Below, one piece after another: positions 36,398 to 46,413 of a stretch of 54,423 nt of DNA. Source of the DNA: Candidatus Parvarchaeota archaeon. Its GTDB lineage: Archaea; Nanobdellota; Nanobdellia; Parvarchaeales; Parvarchaeaceae. The number at the start of each line of letters is the position of its first letter. The stretch's first letter is position 1. The position numbers and the translations under genes are program-made. Location of the stretch: the NCBI GenBank assembly GCA_023269965.1, contig JAGDXU010000026.1:1-54423 (forward strand), written 5' to 3'. Below the pieces are notes generated by a model that searched no databases, had not been told where the DNA came from, and saw nothing but the letters and a program-made list of their open reading frames with translations.

Positions 36398-36955
36398 TTA
36401 TACTTTAAAGAATTTAAATATAAAATCCACGCAGAGATCTCTTAGATTATCCCTGTCCAATTTACTGGAATCCACAACTAGATCAAATGGAGCTAAATCG
36501 TAGGACACGTCTATTTTGTACAAACTTCTATAAATATTTGCGGTCAAATCGTCTTTCTTTTTAATTGCAGTAAGGGCAGATTTGTATGGGATATCGTCTC
36601 TTATAGATACCCTACGCGCTCTCACCTCTATCGGTGCTTTAACATATATCTTCACTGTATTTCTATTGCTACCTAACAGCCATGGCATAGTCCAGCTATC
36701 CACTACAATATTATCGCTTCTCCTAATGATCCTAAGGAGCTCCGAATCTAGTCTTTTATCAAACTTGGTATTCTTGAGCCTAAAGAGGATCATCTGTATC
36801 CCTTCTTTAGATTCCCACGATCTAAACGTCTTGTCTGGAAGTAGATCTTTAAGCTTGGAACTGCCTGAGAGATACTCTAAATTAAGCTCATCTGCCAACC
36901 CCTTAGCTAAAGTAGTCTTTCCTGAAGCTGTCAGACCGGATACCGTTATTATCAT
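36398..36955 (-). CDS. cmk: Cytidylate kinase (archaeal type)
   Basis: IITVSGLTASGKTT, FDKRLD, VRARRV..RD, Y..LY.ID, FDLVVDS; conserved cmk-cbf5 synteny. Confidence 0.92.
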   Translation of the reverse strand: MIITVSGLTASGKTTLAKGLADELNLEYLSGSSKLKDLLPDKTFRSWESKEGIQMILFRLKNTKFDKRLDSELLRIIRRSDNIVVDSWTMPWLLGSNRNTVKIYVKAPIEVRARRVSIRDDIPYKSALTAIKKKDDLTANIYRSLYKIDVSYDLAPFDLVVDSSKLDRDNLRDLCVDFIFKFFKV

Positions 36956-36997
36956 ACAGTATTTACAAAAGCATTCATCTTTTATAAAATTAAATTT

Positions 36998-39900
36998 CTA
37001 AATGCTATTGTTTTCTATGAGAGAAAGGTTCTTATCAAACACACTTGGAAGATAGCTTAGATTATCACAGTAATTTATAGCTGCAGGGGAAGTCGAACAT
37101 TCCCCAGTCAGTTCATACTTTGAAAGCTGTGTGTAGTTTATCTGATAAACGTTTATGTTCGTAAGAACTTGATTCTCGATGCTTAGAAGAGAGTTCACTG
37201 GCAGGTTGTCAGAGAACACCAGCTTAAAGCCAGGGACAGTCTCATTCAAAAGATATAACTTTACAAATAATGTGTTTAATGTTTGATTTGGCATGAATAA
37301 GCCAGCAGGTTGATTTCCATAGGAAGATAGATTAATTGGTTCCGGTATATAGCCCTGGCCTACTCCACCTATATGGAGAGTTGCTGTCTCGTTTGGAAGA
37401 AGAAGCATGAATCCTCCAGGTATGCCGCTTGTGCTTTCCTGCACACACCCTTTAGAATAAGTACACATGTAATCTATTGGCATGGGAGACGAAGCCTGCT
37501 GCGTTAAGGTATTGTAGATTATACCGTAAGGTTTTCCTATCACTGTGGATGAATTAAACGGCAGCAGCACCTCAAGTAATATGGCATCGCTTGCCGGGAC
37601 GTTCTGTAATCCAACTGTTACATTCGAATTGACCAAAGCATAACCTGTGTTTGGGCTCCCCCCAAACACAGCCAGATACTTATAACTAGCGTTACCGATG
37701 TTGTTAGAATTCAATTGTGATGTCCCCTCTATCAGCGGAGAAAATTCAGTCGGCTTCAATGCTATCGTTGAGATAGCTGAGAACTTTAAAACTTCGCTGC
37801 CGCTGATAACTGCGTACGTTGGTTCATGAATAAAATGAAGATAAGTCGCATACTGGTAAGGTGATGTGGCTTCAAAGAAGTACTTTGCAATCATAGACTG
37901 ATATCCATAGGCGTTACTCCCGTCAGCAACTGCTGTTCTTCCAGCTATCGCCTCTTCCCAATAACCATAATCCCACCACGAGATTATTGAACTGTTAGCG
38001 GGAGTATTCTGGTTTATCCAAAGCATAGTAGGGCCCCAAAGCGCAAGACCTGATCCACTCTGCTGCGCTATCTGATAAGATACTGTCAAACTGTCGTACA
38101 ACTCTATAGCAACGAATGTAAGTGCTATAATGGTTATCAGACCTACTGCCAGATAGAATAACCTCTTCTGTTCAGGGCTCTTGAATAACGACTTAGTGTA
38201 TTTGATCCCGGAGTTAGTCAAGAAAACAACTGCTAGAGGAACCAACAATGCTGCTGTTAGATCAGTCGGTTCCAAAAGCCTCAACTCTAAATTTGATAAA
38301 ACCAATGTCAAAATGAATAAAGTTAGGAGCATAAGGTACACTTTATCTGAGACGCTCTCCCTTTCAAATTTATCAAATACTAAGAATATAGTGAATATGC
38401 CAATCAAACCAAAGGCTCCATATTTATAGTAATTCTTAGCTTGCCCTATAGCCAGCGAAACAACAATCAAGATTATAGATATAAACACAAAAACAGCTAC
38501 ATTTCCGAGGAGCTTTTTGCTTCTGTGCCGACTGAATTCATATAGCGCTATGACCTCTGGCAAAAATGACATTATAACTGTTACTATAAGGTAAACTTCC
38601 GAGGATAAGCTGAATGAGAAGGTTCCACCATTTATAAGTACCACCATCGGAAGCAACAGAGAATAGAAGATATACCAGTGCTTGAATCTCCTTGAAATAA
38701 GATAAAGGAGCACTCCGGAACCAATGAACAGCAGCAAGAAATTTACCCCGATACCTGAAACAACAAAATTGTACTCTGAGAACCTATCTGCGAGGTTAAC
38801 GACGCCATACTCAGCAATCGTCAAAGACAGTGGATTTACAGCGCCAAGGCCAAGCGGATGAGCTATCTCCGAGCTCAGAAATGTAAGGATTTTATGGAGT
38901 AAATTCAACTTAGGAATTAGGCTTATCACAAAACTTATCAAGAGCGCATATATAACCGGGCTTGTGCCTTCGTTGATATGAGGTATCCTCAATCTATCTT
39001 TGTATTTATCATAAACGAAAAGCTTAAAGAGTATCACTAAATACACAAAGTACATCGGAAACAGCTCAAAACTCAACAAGTTCGACAGACTGAAGTTCAA
39101 GAAACTGGCTTCAAATGCTAGGAACAACCCAAATGGCAAAAACGCGTACAGATCCTCCTTCTTATCGAATTCAAACATTATCAAAAGAAGGTATGTCAGT
39201 GGTATGGTTATTACAGAGAACTCTGCGTAGCCACTGGTTATCGTCCCAAAACCTACTGATATAGCCATCAGAAAGCCATACAACAGTTTAGAATTTCTGT
39301 CTTTTGACGTGAATATTTTTACAAGCATGAAAAATGACAAGAATATAAACATGAAACCCATCGCGGTCTTAGTTGAAAATCCTGCTGAGGTCCTGCCTAG
39401 CAGTGTTTCAAACGCAGGAAAAACAAAGGCTCCCAAAGAAGCCATCCAATAATCTCTGAAGATGTACAACAGAATGAAGAATAAGAGCAGGGTCATAACC
39501 ACCGCAACAATCGGTGGGTAAATCATAAACCAAGTCATTGGGGTAGCGGCTGGAACCAAAGGCTGCATGAAACGATACATGTACGCGCCGAAAAACGATA
39601 TAAGAACTTCCTGAGACCTTGAGGCTAACCCTATCGGGAGGTACTGAAGATGGTTTATCACGGGTACATTACCAGTCGTAATGATATCCTTCATGAGGTC
39701 ATAGAATTCATACGGGTCTAAACCAGTAAGCGAACCGCCCATACCTAGATAATCATTGCCGACCAGTGGCGTAGCCCCTAATGCAGGTAAGCTAGCAGTC
39801 CTTATTAACAAACCTAGGATTATTGCTGTAAACAAAAGCGCATAAAACGGCGCCTTGTGTTTGGTGAATAAGGCTGAGAGGACAGCTGAGACTATCATAA

Positions 39901-40168
39901 GTACGAGAGTGATATAGAAATAAATCGATAGATAAGTGTAAAGCAAAGAGACCACCATCAAAACCGCTAGAATGGCGAATATGAGGCCATAACCTACGCC
40001 ATACTTTACCACTGGCTTCAACATCGACTTTATAGAATCAAGATTGAGATTTAATTCAAGCTCGGTGACTTTTTCAGTCTTTTTTTCCTCATGGACTTGC
40101 GGCGGAGATTCTCGAGATTTATCCCCGTTTACATTGTTTTCCATTTCCTCTTTTTTCAGGCCGTCCAT
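36998..40168 (-). CDS. aglB: Oligosaccharyltransferase AglB (STT3)
   Basis: LDPY, TIAE, SWWDYG and VADG motifs; polytopic N-terminus. Confidence 0.95.
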   Translation of the reverse strand: MDGLKKEEMENNVNGDKSRESPPQVHEEKKTEKVTELELNLNLDSIKSMLKPVVKYGVGYGLIFAILAVLMVVSLLYTYLSIYFYITLVLMIVSAVLSALFTKHKAPFYALLFTAIILGLLIRTASLPALGATPLVGNDYLGMGGSLTGLDPYEFYDLMKDIITTGNVPVINHLQYLPIGLASRSQEVLISFFGAYMYRFMQPLVPAATPMTWFMIYPPIVAVVMTLLLFFILLYIFRDYWMASLGAFVFPAFETLLGRTSAGFSTKTAMGFMFIFLSFFMLVKIFTSKDRNSKLLYGFLMAISVGFGTITSGYAEFSVITIPLTYLLLIMFEFDKKEDLYAFLPFGLFLAFEASFLNFSLSNLLSFELFPMYFVYLVILFKLFVYDKYKDRLRIPHINEGTSPVIYALLISFVISLIPKLNLLHKILTFLSSEIAHPLGLGAVNPLSLTIAEYGVVNLADRFSEYNFVVSGIGVNFLLLFIGSGVLLYLISRRFKHWYIFYSLLLPMVVLINGGTFSFSLSSEVYLIVTVIMSFLPEVIALYEFSRHRSKKLLGNVAVFVFISIILIVVSLAIGQAKNYYKYGAFGLIGIFTIFLVFDKFERESVSDKVYLMLLTLFILTLVLSNLELRLLEPTDLTAALLVPLAVVFLTNSGIKYTKSLFKSPEQKRLFYLAVGLITIIALTFVAIELYDSLTVSYQIAQQSGSGLALWGPTMLWINQNTPANSSIISWWDYGYWEEAIAGRTAVADGSNAYGYQSMIAKYFFEATSPYQYATYLHFIHEPTYAVISGSEVLKFSAISTIALKPTEFSPLIEGTSQLNSNNIGNASYKYLAVFGGSPNTGYALVNSNVTVGLQNVPASDAILLEVLLPFNSSTVIGKPYGIIYNTLTQQASSPMPIDYMCTYSKGCVQESTSGIPGGFMLLLPNETATLHIGGVGQGYIPEPINLSSYGNQPAGLFMPNQTLNTLFVKLYLLNETVPGFKLVFSDNLPVNSLLSIENQVLTNINVYQINYTQLSKYELTGECSTSPAAINYCDNLSYLPSVFDKNLSLIENNSI

Positions 40169-40219
40169 AAAGTCAAAATGACAAAAAAGACAGTCAATTA
40201 TAGGATTTAAACCTTAACT

Positions 40220-40978
40220 CTATACTAGATTATAACTTTTCAACAAAGACGGCTTATTCAAGAACTCAAAGTGCTCTGGATGAGCCACGTATTCGTCGTA
40301 TATGGTAGGCCTTGAATAATCTAAGAAATCTATCTTAGTAGCTTCTGAGTAATCCACCTTCAAATCGTTGTAGTTTCTATTCATAACGATGTTGTTATTA
40401 CCCAAAACATATACCGCTCCGCCTCTTTTCTGTTTCATTGGGTTATAATTCGACTTAAAAGTAGAATTTACTAAATTCGCTTCTATAAGAATACCGCTCC
40501 CGACATTTACAGTTATATGGCCATAATTTGGAAGCATTATAACTCTATCGCCTTTCTTGGCATGAATAAGCTTGACGTCATATGATCCATCCTCATTCGC
40601 TCTCTGCAAAATATACAAGACCTCACCATATAACACCTCATAAATCTCTGGATAAGAAAGGCTATCCTCAACTATTGGATGATAATGACCTAATGTCTTG
40701 TTGAATTCACCGCCTAAGTCATAGTGATTCAATACTGTTATATCATATCGTATGGTATGCGCTTCGAACACGGATGAGTTTTTATCAAATCCAACACCCC
40801 TAAACATGTAATATAGTGGGTCATTCTTGTTGGAGGTATTGATGAAAGTCCTGTTGAAAAGGACATCACTCATCTCATTCAATCTCCTTATGTCGGCTGC
40901 TAAATTTACGCCATCGCATTTTAATGACATCCCATTCTCATCGAACTCTAAATCTAAGAGGTTACTGATTATTTTCAT
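40220..40978 (-). CDS. Cupin-type glucose-6-phosphate isomerase family protein
   Basis: LYYMFR, RYDITV, EFNKTLGHYH, YPEIYEVLYG, PNYGHITVN. Confidence 0.88.
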   Translation of the reverse strand: MKIISNLLDLEFDENGMSLKCDGVNLAADIRRLNEMSDVLFNRTFINTSNKNDPLYYMFRGVGFDKNSSVFEAHTIRYDITVLNHYDLGGEFNKTLGHYHPIVEDSLSYPEIYEVLYGEVLYILQRANEDGSYDVKLIHAKKGDRVIMLPNYGHITVNVGSGILIEANLVNSTFKSNYNPMKQKRGGAVYVLGNNNIVMNRNYNDLKVDYSEATKIDFLDYSRPTIYDEYVAHPEHFEFLNKPSLLKSYNLV

Positions 40979-41001
40979 TACTCTTAATAGTAGACGCAAG
41001 T

Positions 41002-42543
41002 TTAAATCTTTTTAGATTGTTCAAACAATCTCGCTAATCTGCCAAGCCTTGCCGTAATAAGTATAAAGATAATGTCTGATCTGCTTATCGCTCTGAAGAT
41101 GTAAAGCAGAAATATATACAAAATAACGGCAGCAACCAGTATGAACGGCAGTTCTATCAACCTGGTGAAGTTGGCAAGAAGCAACAGTATGAAACCTACC
41201 ATAAGCAACCCTGCAATGATCCCCTTTATTATGGCTCCAATCGGCAGTTTTATCTCTATATACTTTCTTGTGAAATATAGATTTATTGTAATAGTGAGAA
41301 CCGTCACGCCTAATGAAACCAAAGCCGCCCCCGTGGAGAAGAACCTTGGTATTAAAAGAATAGACAATATTATTCCCGCCATTGCACCTGAGATTGTGGA
41401 GTACATGGAATATTTCTGTTTTCCGCTTGCACTCAAAACCGTTGTCAAAGGCGAAAGAATGCTACTTATCAAAACGCCAGCCATGAGCACCAAAAATGGC
41501 CCAGCAGACCCTAAGAACTCCTGGTGATAAAACAGGCGAATCAAAGGATTAACTGTGACCGCTGCACCAAAAACAAGTGGTATAGTTATAAGGGCAGAAA
41601 ACCTTATTGAATCCTTCATCAATCTGTATAGATAATTATAATTTTTCTTCTCGAACATCTTAGTTATGGATGGAAAGAAAGCGATAGCTATAGCTCCTCC
41701 CGGAGCGCCTACCAAACCAGAAAGAACTGCACCTATCCTATAGAACCCAACAAAACTCATGTTCGGCGCTATAACCCCTAGAAGGATAACTATAAATGAA
41801 GAGTAGAATATAGAGAAGAGAGACCCAGTGTATGTAAATGTAGAGTAAGACCTCAATTCCTTTCTCTCTTCATAAGTAGGTTTTCTTACCTCTTTTATAT
41901 GGTTTATTATCTTCCTTGCAAGGAAAAAGGCGATTATGAACGCCACAAAATAGCTTACATCATAAACACTTATAACGCCTATCAAGCTTAGCCCTAGGTA
42001 AAGGACCAATATCTGCCCTACCCTCATTATATCCAAAGTAGCATTCACTATGAACCGATATTTCTGTATTTGATACCCAGAGAAGAGGCTCTGATAGAAA
42101 GAGTTTACAAGCGAGTAAAATGTCAAACCTATAGCGAGTATTATCAAAAGGTTCCTGAGAATAGGTTCATGATAAAATGAAGCAATTGGCCCGGAAAGAA
42201 CGAGCATCGCAACACTAAGCGAGATAGATGTTATAACTATTAGATACAGATAATTTTTAGCAATCCACTTCAAAGCAGGTCTGTCGTCTCTAGCTTTATA
42301 CTTTGAAACAGCATACTGCAGAGAACCATTTATCCCTATGGATGAGAAGGTTAAAAACATCGACCATATAGTGACAGCAAGAGAATAAACGCCGAAATTT
42401 GTAGGCCCCAGGAATCTTGCTAAGAAAAGACCTATAAAAAATGATGTAAAATAGTTCACTATCGACCCCAAAAATGAATAAGAGCTATTAGAAGCAACCT
42501 TCACCCTCTCCTCAGTAAGCTCATTAGTTATCTCGTCTGACAT
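41002..42543 (-). CDS. MOP-superfamily flippase (Wzx/AglR-like)
   Basis: LARFLGPTNFGVYSL, VGFY, FFPSIT, LLIPRF..TGAA; many TM segments. Confidence 0.9.
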   Translation of the reverse strand: MSDEITNELTEERVKVASNSSYSFLGSIVNYFTSFFIGLFLARFLGPTNFGVYSLAVTIWSMFLTFSSIGINGSLQYAVSKYKARDDRPALKWIAKNYLYLIVITSISLSVAMLVLSGPIASFYHEPILRNLLIILAIGLTFYSLVNSFYQSLFSGYQIQKYRFIVNATLDIMRVGQILVLYLGLSLIGVISVYDVSYFVAFIIAFFLARKIINHIKEVRKPTYEERKELRSYSTFTYTGSLFSIFYSSFIVILLGVIAPNMSFVGFYRIGAVLSGLVGAPGGAIAIAFFPSITKMFEKKNYNYLYRLMKDSIRFSALITIPLVFGAAVTVNPLIRLFYHQEFLGSAGPFLVLMAGVLISSILSPLTTVLSASGKQKYSMYSTISGAMAGIILSILLIPRFFSTGAALVSLGVTVLTITINLYFTRKYIEIKLPIGAIIKGIIAGLLMVGFILLLLANFTRLIELPFILVAAVILYIFLLYIFRAISRSDIIFILITARLGRLARLFEQSKKI

Positions 42544-42602
42544 AAAACTTAAACTTTGACTTAATTGTCATATTTAAATTAATAAAAGACATACGAATAT
42601 AA

Positions 42603-42941
42603 ATGATTGGGATATACGCTGAAAGTGCGATGATACTGATAATTGCAATCAGTTTTCCATTGAGTTACATAGTCGCAGAATACAGTGAAAGGGAGATAAA
42701 AAATCTGACTAAATACTTCACAGACAGGATATTTGTGCCTGCATTCGCCATTGAAATGGTGCTATTTGCAGCGGTTATGCGGCTTCTAAACCCTATGATT
42801 TATGCTCTTGGCGCCATCCTTGTGATATTCAACCTGTTCTCTTTCTCATTTTACTTCGCAAGAAGGTGGGATTTCGCTAGGTCTATACTTTATTTCTTGT
42901 TATTCTTAATAATAGAATTCATAGTTGCGATGCTATATTGA
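42603..42941 (+). CDS. Small membrane protein
   Basis: Hydrophobic 112-aa ORF at the head of the ychF-ksgA operon. Confidence 0.7.
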   Translation: MIGIYAESAMILIIAISFPLSYIVAEYSEREIKNLTKYFTDRIFVPAFAIEMVLFAAVMRLLNPMIYALGAILVIFNLFSFSFYFARRWDFARSILYFLLFLIIEFIVAMLY

Positions 42942-42946
42942 TAATT

Positions 42947-44086
42947 ATGAAAGTGGGGATAATAGGGCGAACAAATGTTGGAAAAAGCACATTGTTTAAA
43001 GCGATGACGATGGAAGATGTGGAGATAGCTGACAGACCCTTCACAACCATCGAACCTAATCGAGGCGTGGCTTATGCAAAGATAACCTGTCCTGATAAGG
43101 AATTTGGACTGAAATGTAATCCACATAATGCACCGTGCGTGAATGGAACCAGGTATATCCCTTTTGAACTGATAGATGTAGCCGGTTTAATAAAGGATGC
43201 AAGCAAGGGGAAGGGGTTAGGCAATAAGTTTTTAACAGACGCAATGGAAGCTGATGCGCTTATACAGGTCATAGACATATCAGGAAAAACCAATGGAAGT
43301 GGGGAAAAGACTGAGAGCTATGACCCAGCTGAGGACATAAACATGGTTAGGGATGAGCTAACAGCGTGGATAGGCGGGCTTATACAGAAGATAAGGGTCA
43401 AAAGTAGCGAGGGCCTGGCTGAGGCTATGTACAAAGAATTATCCGGATTAAAGTTCAGATTCGAAACCATAAAAGAGGGAATCAAAAAATTCAATGTAAA
43501 TCGACCAGATGACCTTAACTTGGGGGAATTTATAGACTACCTATTAGATTCAGATAAAAAGATGATAGTCGCGTGCAATAAGATGGATATAACTGAAGAC
43601 CTAGAAGAGAAATTGAAACAGTTGAGATCTAGATTCCAGTATGATTTCGTACCCTGCTCAGCTGGGGCAGAACTTACACTTAAGGAAGCTGAGAAGCATG
43701 GTTTTATAAGTTACAACGGAAGCATCTTTGAAATAAAAAAAGATATAAATCCACAGCAGCGGGGTGCGCTGGACATGATTAAAGGCATGATGGACAAATT
43801 TGGGGGAACTGGTGTTGATTCACTCATAAACACACTAGTTTTCAAGACTATGAATTGGAAGGTCGCCTTTCCTGTCGTGGATGAGAAAAGACTCACAGAC
43901 AGCCAGGGAAGAGTCCTGCCAGATGCGTATCTTTTGGATGAGAATGCAACGCCAAAAGATCTAGCAGAGAAGGTGCACACAGAAGTGGCCAAAAACTACA
44001 AAGGCGCTATAGACTGTAGAACTGGGCTTAAGATAAGAAATGACAAACCGCTTGAAAATGGGCAGATAATCAAGATAATAGTATGA
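42947..44086 (+). CDS. ychF: Archaeal YchF/Obg-like GTPase
   Basis: GRTNVGKST, PFTTIEPN, DVAGL, GKGLGNKFL, NKMD, LPDA, TGS domain. Confidence 0.95.
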   Translation: MKVGIIGRTNVGKSTLFKAMTMEDVEIADRPFTTIEPNRGVAYAKITCPDKEFGLKCNPHNAPCVNGTRYIPFELIDVAGLIKDASKGKGLGNKFLTDAMEADALIQVIDISGKTNGSGEKTESYDPAEDINMVRDELTAWIGGLIQKIRVKSSEGLAEAMYKELSGLKFRFETIKEGIKKFNVNRPDDLNLGEFIDYLLDSDKKMIVACNKMDITEDLEEKLKQLRSRFQYDFVPCSAGAELTLKEAEKHGFISYNGSIFEIKKDINPQQRGALDMIKGMMDKFGGTGVDSLINTLVFKTMNWKVAFPVVDEKRLTDSQGRVLPDAYLLDENATPKDLAEKVHTEVAKNYKGAIDCRTGLKIRNDKPLENGQIIKIIV

Positions 44087-44865
44087 ACAACTCAAAAGTT
44101 TTCCTGAAGAATAAAGCCATAATGGACAAGATAATAGAAGCAGCAGAACTCGATAAAAACGATATAGTCTTAGAGATAGGGAGTGGGGATGGAAGGCTCA
44201 CAGAGAAGATAGCTTCAAAGGCAAAAAAAGTGTATGCGGTCGAGAAAGACTTATTCCTAATAGATAAATCAAAGGTAAAGCTTTCAAACTACAAAAACAT
44301 AGAGTTCATGAACCAAGATATTCTAGAGATATCTTTCCCTGAGGATGTAAATAAGATAATATCCAATTTACCCTACAGCATCGCATCACCTATAACTGAG
44401 AGGATAATCCGATTTATGAACAACCACACGAACTCTATAGCGGTGTTAATGTATCAGAAGGAGTTTGGGGAGAGAATGCTCGCTGCCCCCGGCTACACTG
44501 ATTATTCTATGCTAACTGTATTCTGCACATATACTTGCAGTATCAACAAGATAATGGATGTCAGCAAAGCAAACTTCAGGCCTATCCCCTCAGTTGATTC
44601 AATAGTGATAAAGATAAAACCAAAGAACATAAAGATTGATGACAACTTCATAAACTTCTGCAAACTTATTTTCCAACACAAAAAAAAGAACGTTTATACA
44701 GCTATAATGTCAAGCAGAAGCAAACTTAAAACAAGCGACAAAGATTTGATAAGGGAAAAGCTAAGTAAAGTCAACAAGAACTATTTAAAGGAGAAAGTTT
44801 TCTTTCTTAGCTTGGATGACTTAATGGATTTATACAAAGAGGTAGTTTCTGCTGGCATATGGTAG
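44083..44865 (+). CDS. ksgA: 16S rRNA dimethyladenosine transferase
   Basis: VLEIGSGDGRLT, ISNLPYSI, LMYQKEF, FRP.P.VDS. Confidence 0.95.
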   Translation: MNNSKVFLKNKAIMDKIIEAAELDKNDIVLEIGSGDGRLTEKIASKAKKVYAVEKDLFLIDKSKVKLSNYKNIEFMNQDILEISFPEDVNKIISNLPYSIASPITERIIRFMNNHTNSIAVLMYQKEFGERMLAAPGYTDYSMLTVFCTYTCSINKIMDVSKANFRPIPSVDSIVIKIKPKNIKIDDNFINFCKLIFQHKKKNVYTAIMSSRSKLKTSDKDLIREKLSKVNKNYLKEKVFFLSLDDLMDLYKEVVSAGIW

Positions 44866-45638
44866 AGAGAAGAGCAAGGGTAATAAAGCATAGTAAAAGA
44901 CATGCATTGCGCAGGTTCAATCTTAGACTCAATATTGATTATACCAGGTACGGTTTCAACAAAAGAGAATTGATAGATATAGGTATCGCGTGGTTTGCAC
45001 TATCAGTTGCATTTGCCTACGCTCTCTTTTATGACTTTTCAGGGTCGCAAATTCTGCAGATTCTAGGTAAATTCTCCTTCATTTACATATTCATAGGCTC
45101 AATGATAGCCATAGCCTGTGGATTTATAATGCACGAGCTAATGCATAAGTTCGACGCACAGAGATACGGATACGAAGCGCATTTCAGGATGTGGATTTTT
45201 GGGCTTCTCCTTGCGCTTGTAACTAGCTTATTCGGATTTGTATACGCCGCACCTGGGGCAACATACTTTGAACCAGACCCGAGTGAGATGTATATGGATC
45301 CAAATGGATTCAGGAAAAGGTATGGAGTAATATCATTTGCTGGACCAAAGATAAATCTGATATTCGGCTTTGTTTTCCTTGGATTATTTTATCTTGCTTT
45401 CTTTTTAGCTATATACTTAAACTTAACCGTAGCAGCGGCTTACCCTATCCTGATAATACTTGCGATACCAGCTTTCGTAAACTTTTATCTTTGTGCGTTT
45501 AACTTGATACCAATAATGCCATTGGATGGGGCGAAGGTCTTCAGATGGGACAAGAAAATATGGGCTACATTTTTTGTCATCTCATTAGCCGTAAGCGTTA
45601 TGATATTCTTAGGGAAAATACCTTATTTCCCTCTGTAA
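44859..45638 (+). CDS. Site-2 protease (M50) family intramembrane metalloprotease
   Basis: HELMH, AAPGA, AGP..NL, FNLIP..PLDG. Confidence 0.94.
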   Translation: MVERRARVIKHSKRHALRRFNLRLNIDYTRYGFNKRELIDIGIAWFALSVAFAYALFYDFSGSQILQILGKFSFIYIFIGSMIAIACGFIMHELMHKFDAQRYGYEAHFRMWIFGLLLALVTSLFGFVYAAPGATYFEPDPSEMYMDPNGFRKRYGVISFAGPKINLIFGFVFLGLFYLAFFLAIYLNLTVAAAYPILIILAIPAFVNFYLCAFNLIPIMPLDGAKVFRWDKKIWATFFVISLAVSVMIFLGKIPYFPL

Positions 45639-45703
45639 ATTAGGCAGGCATACAATGCACTATTTGGCTAAAAACTTATAAACCGATAATGAGAAGTATT
45701 CCA

Positions 45704-46402
45704 ATGGAAAATAAAATTATTTTAAATTCGCAGATAACGCCGGGCCACTACATAGTTACCGCTTTTCCAACTGCAGGACTTGTGTCTTTGCTTGCGGCGA
45801 ACTATCTGATACAAAAAAAGATAATCAAAAAAGTGGGCCATATTCAAGTAAGCAGCCTAAGTCAAATTGCAATAATCGAAGATAAACATCTGGATTATCC
45901 AGTGAGATTATTTGAGGGTGGAAATTCTATCTTCATAACCTCTCAGGTTCCGATACCTATACAAAATATAAATGAGCTCACAAAGGATATTCTCGAGCTC
46001 TATGAAAAGGTAAAGGCCAGAGGAATAATTGCGATAGATGCTATAGAAGCTTCTGAAGAGAAGGAAAAGGGTGAAACTTATTTCGTATCCGAAGGCTTTG
46101 ATAAGGAGATAAAAAATGCAAAGGAACTGGAAGACGGCGCTATGATAGGTATAAACGCAAGTATAGCTTTGACGGCGAAGGACAATAAAATTCCATTCTT
46201 AGGCCTGATGGCAGAGACCCACATGAGCATCCCTGATGGATTAGCTGCGTCATCTCTAATAAAAGCCCTGGAGAACGTGATTGATATTCATATCGACACT
46301 ACTGACTTAGTGAATGAGTACAAGAGAGTTGTCAGTAAATTAAACAGCTTAATAAACAAAACAAACCAAACAAAAAGCTTAAAGGAAGAAACTTACGGAT
46401 AA
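45704..46402 (+). CDS. PAC2 family proteasome assembly chaperone
   Basis: AFPTAGLVS..AA.YLI, PVRLF, IPDGLAA; ATG 45704 (alternative 45689). Confidence 0.85.
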   Translation: MENKIILNSQITPGHYIVTAFPTAGLVSLLAANYLIQKKIIKKVGHIQVSSLSQIAIIEDKHLDYPVRLFEGGNSIFITSQVPIPIQNINELTKDILELYEKVKARGIIAIDAIEASEEKEKGETYFVSEGFDKEIKNAKELEDGAMIGINASIALTAKDNKIPFLGLMAETHMSIPDGLAASSLIKALENVIDIHIDTTDLVNEYKRVVSKLNSLINKTNQTKSLKEETYG

Positions 46403-46413
46403 GGTCAATTTTT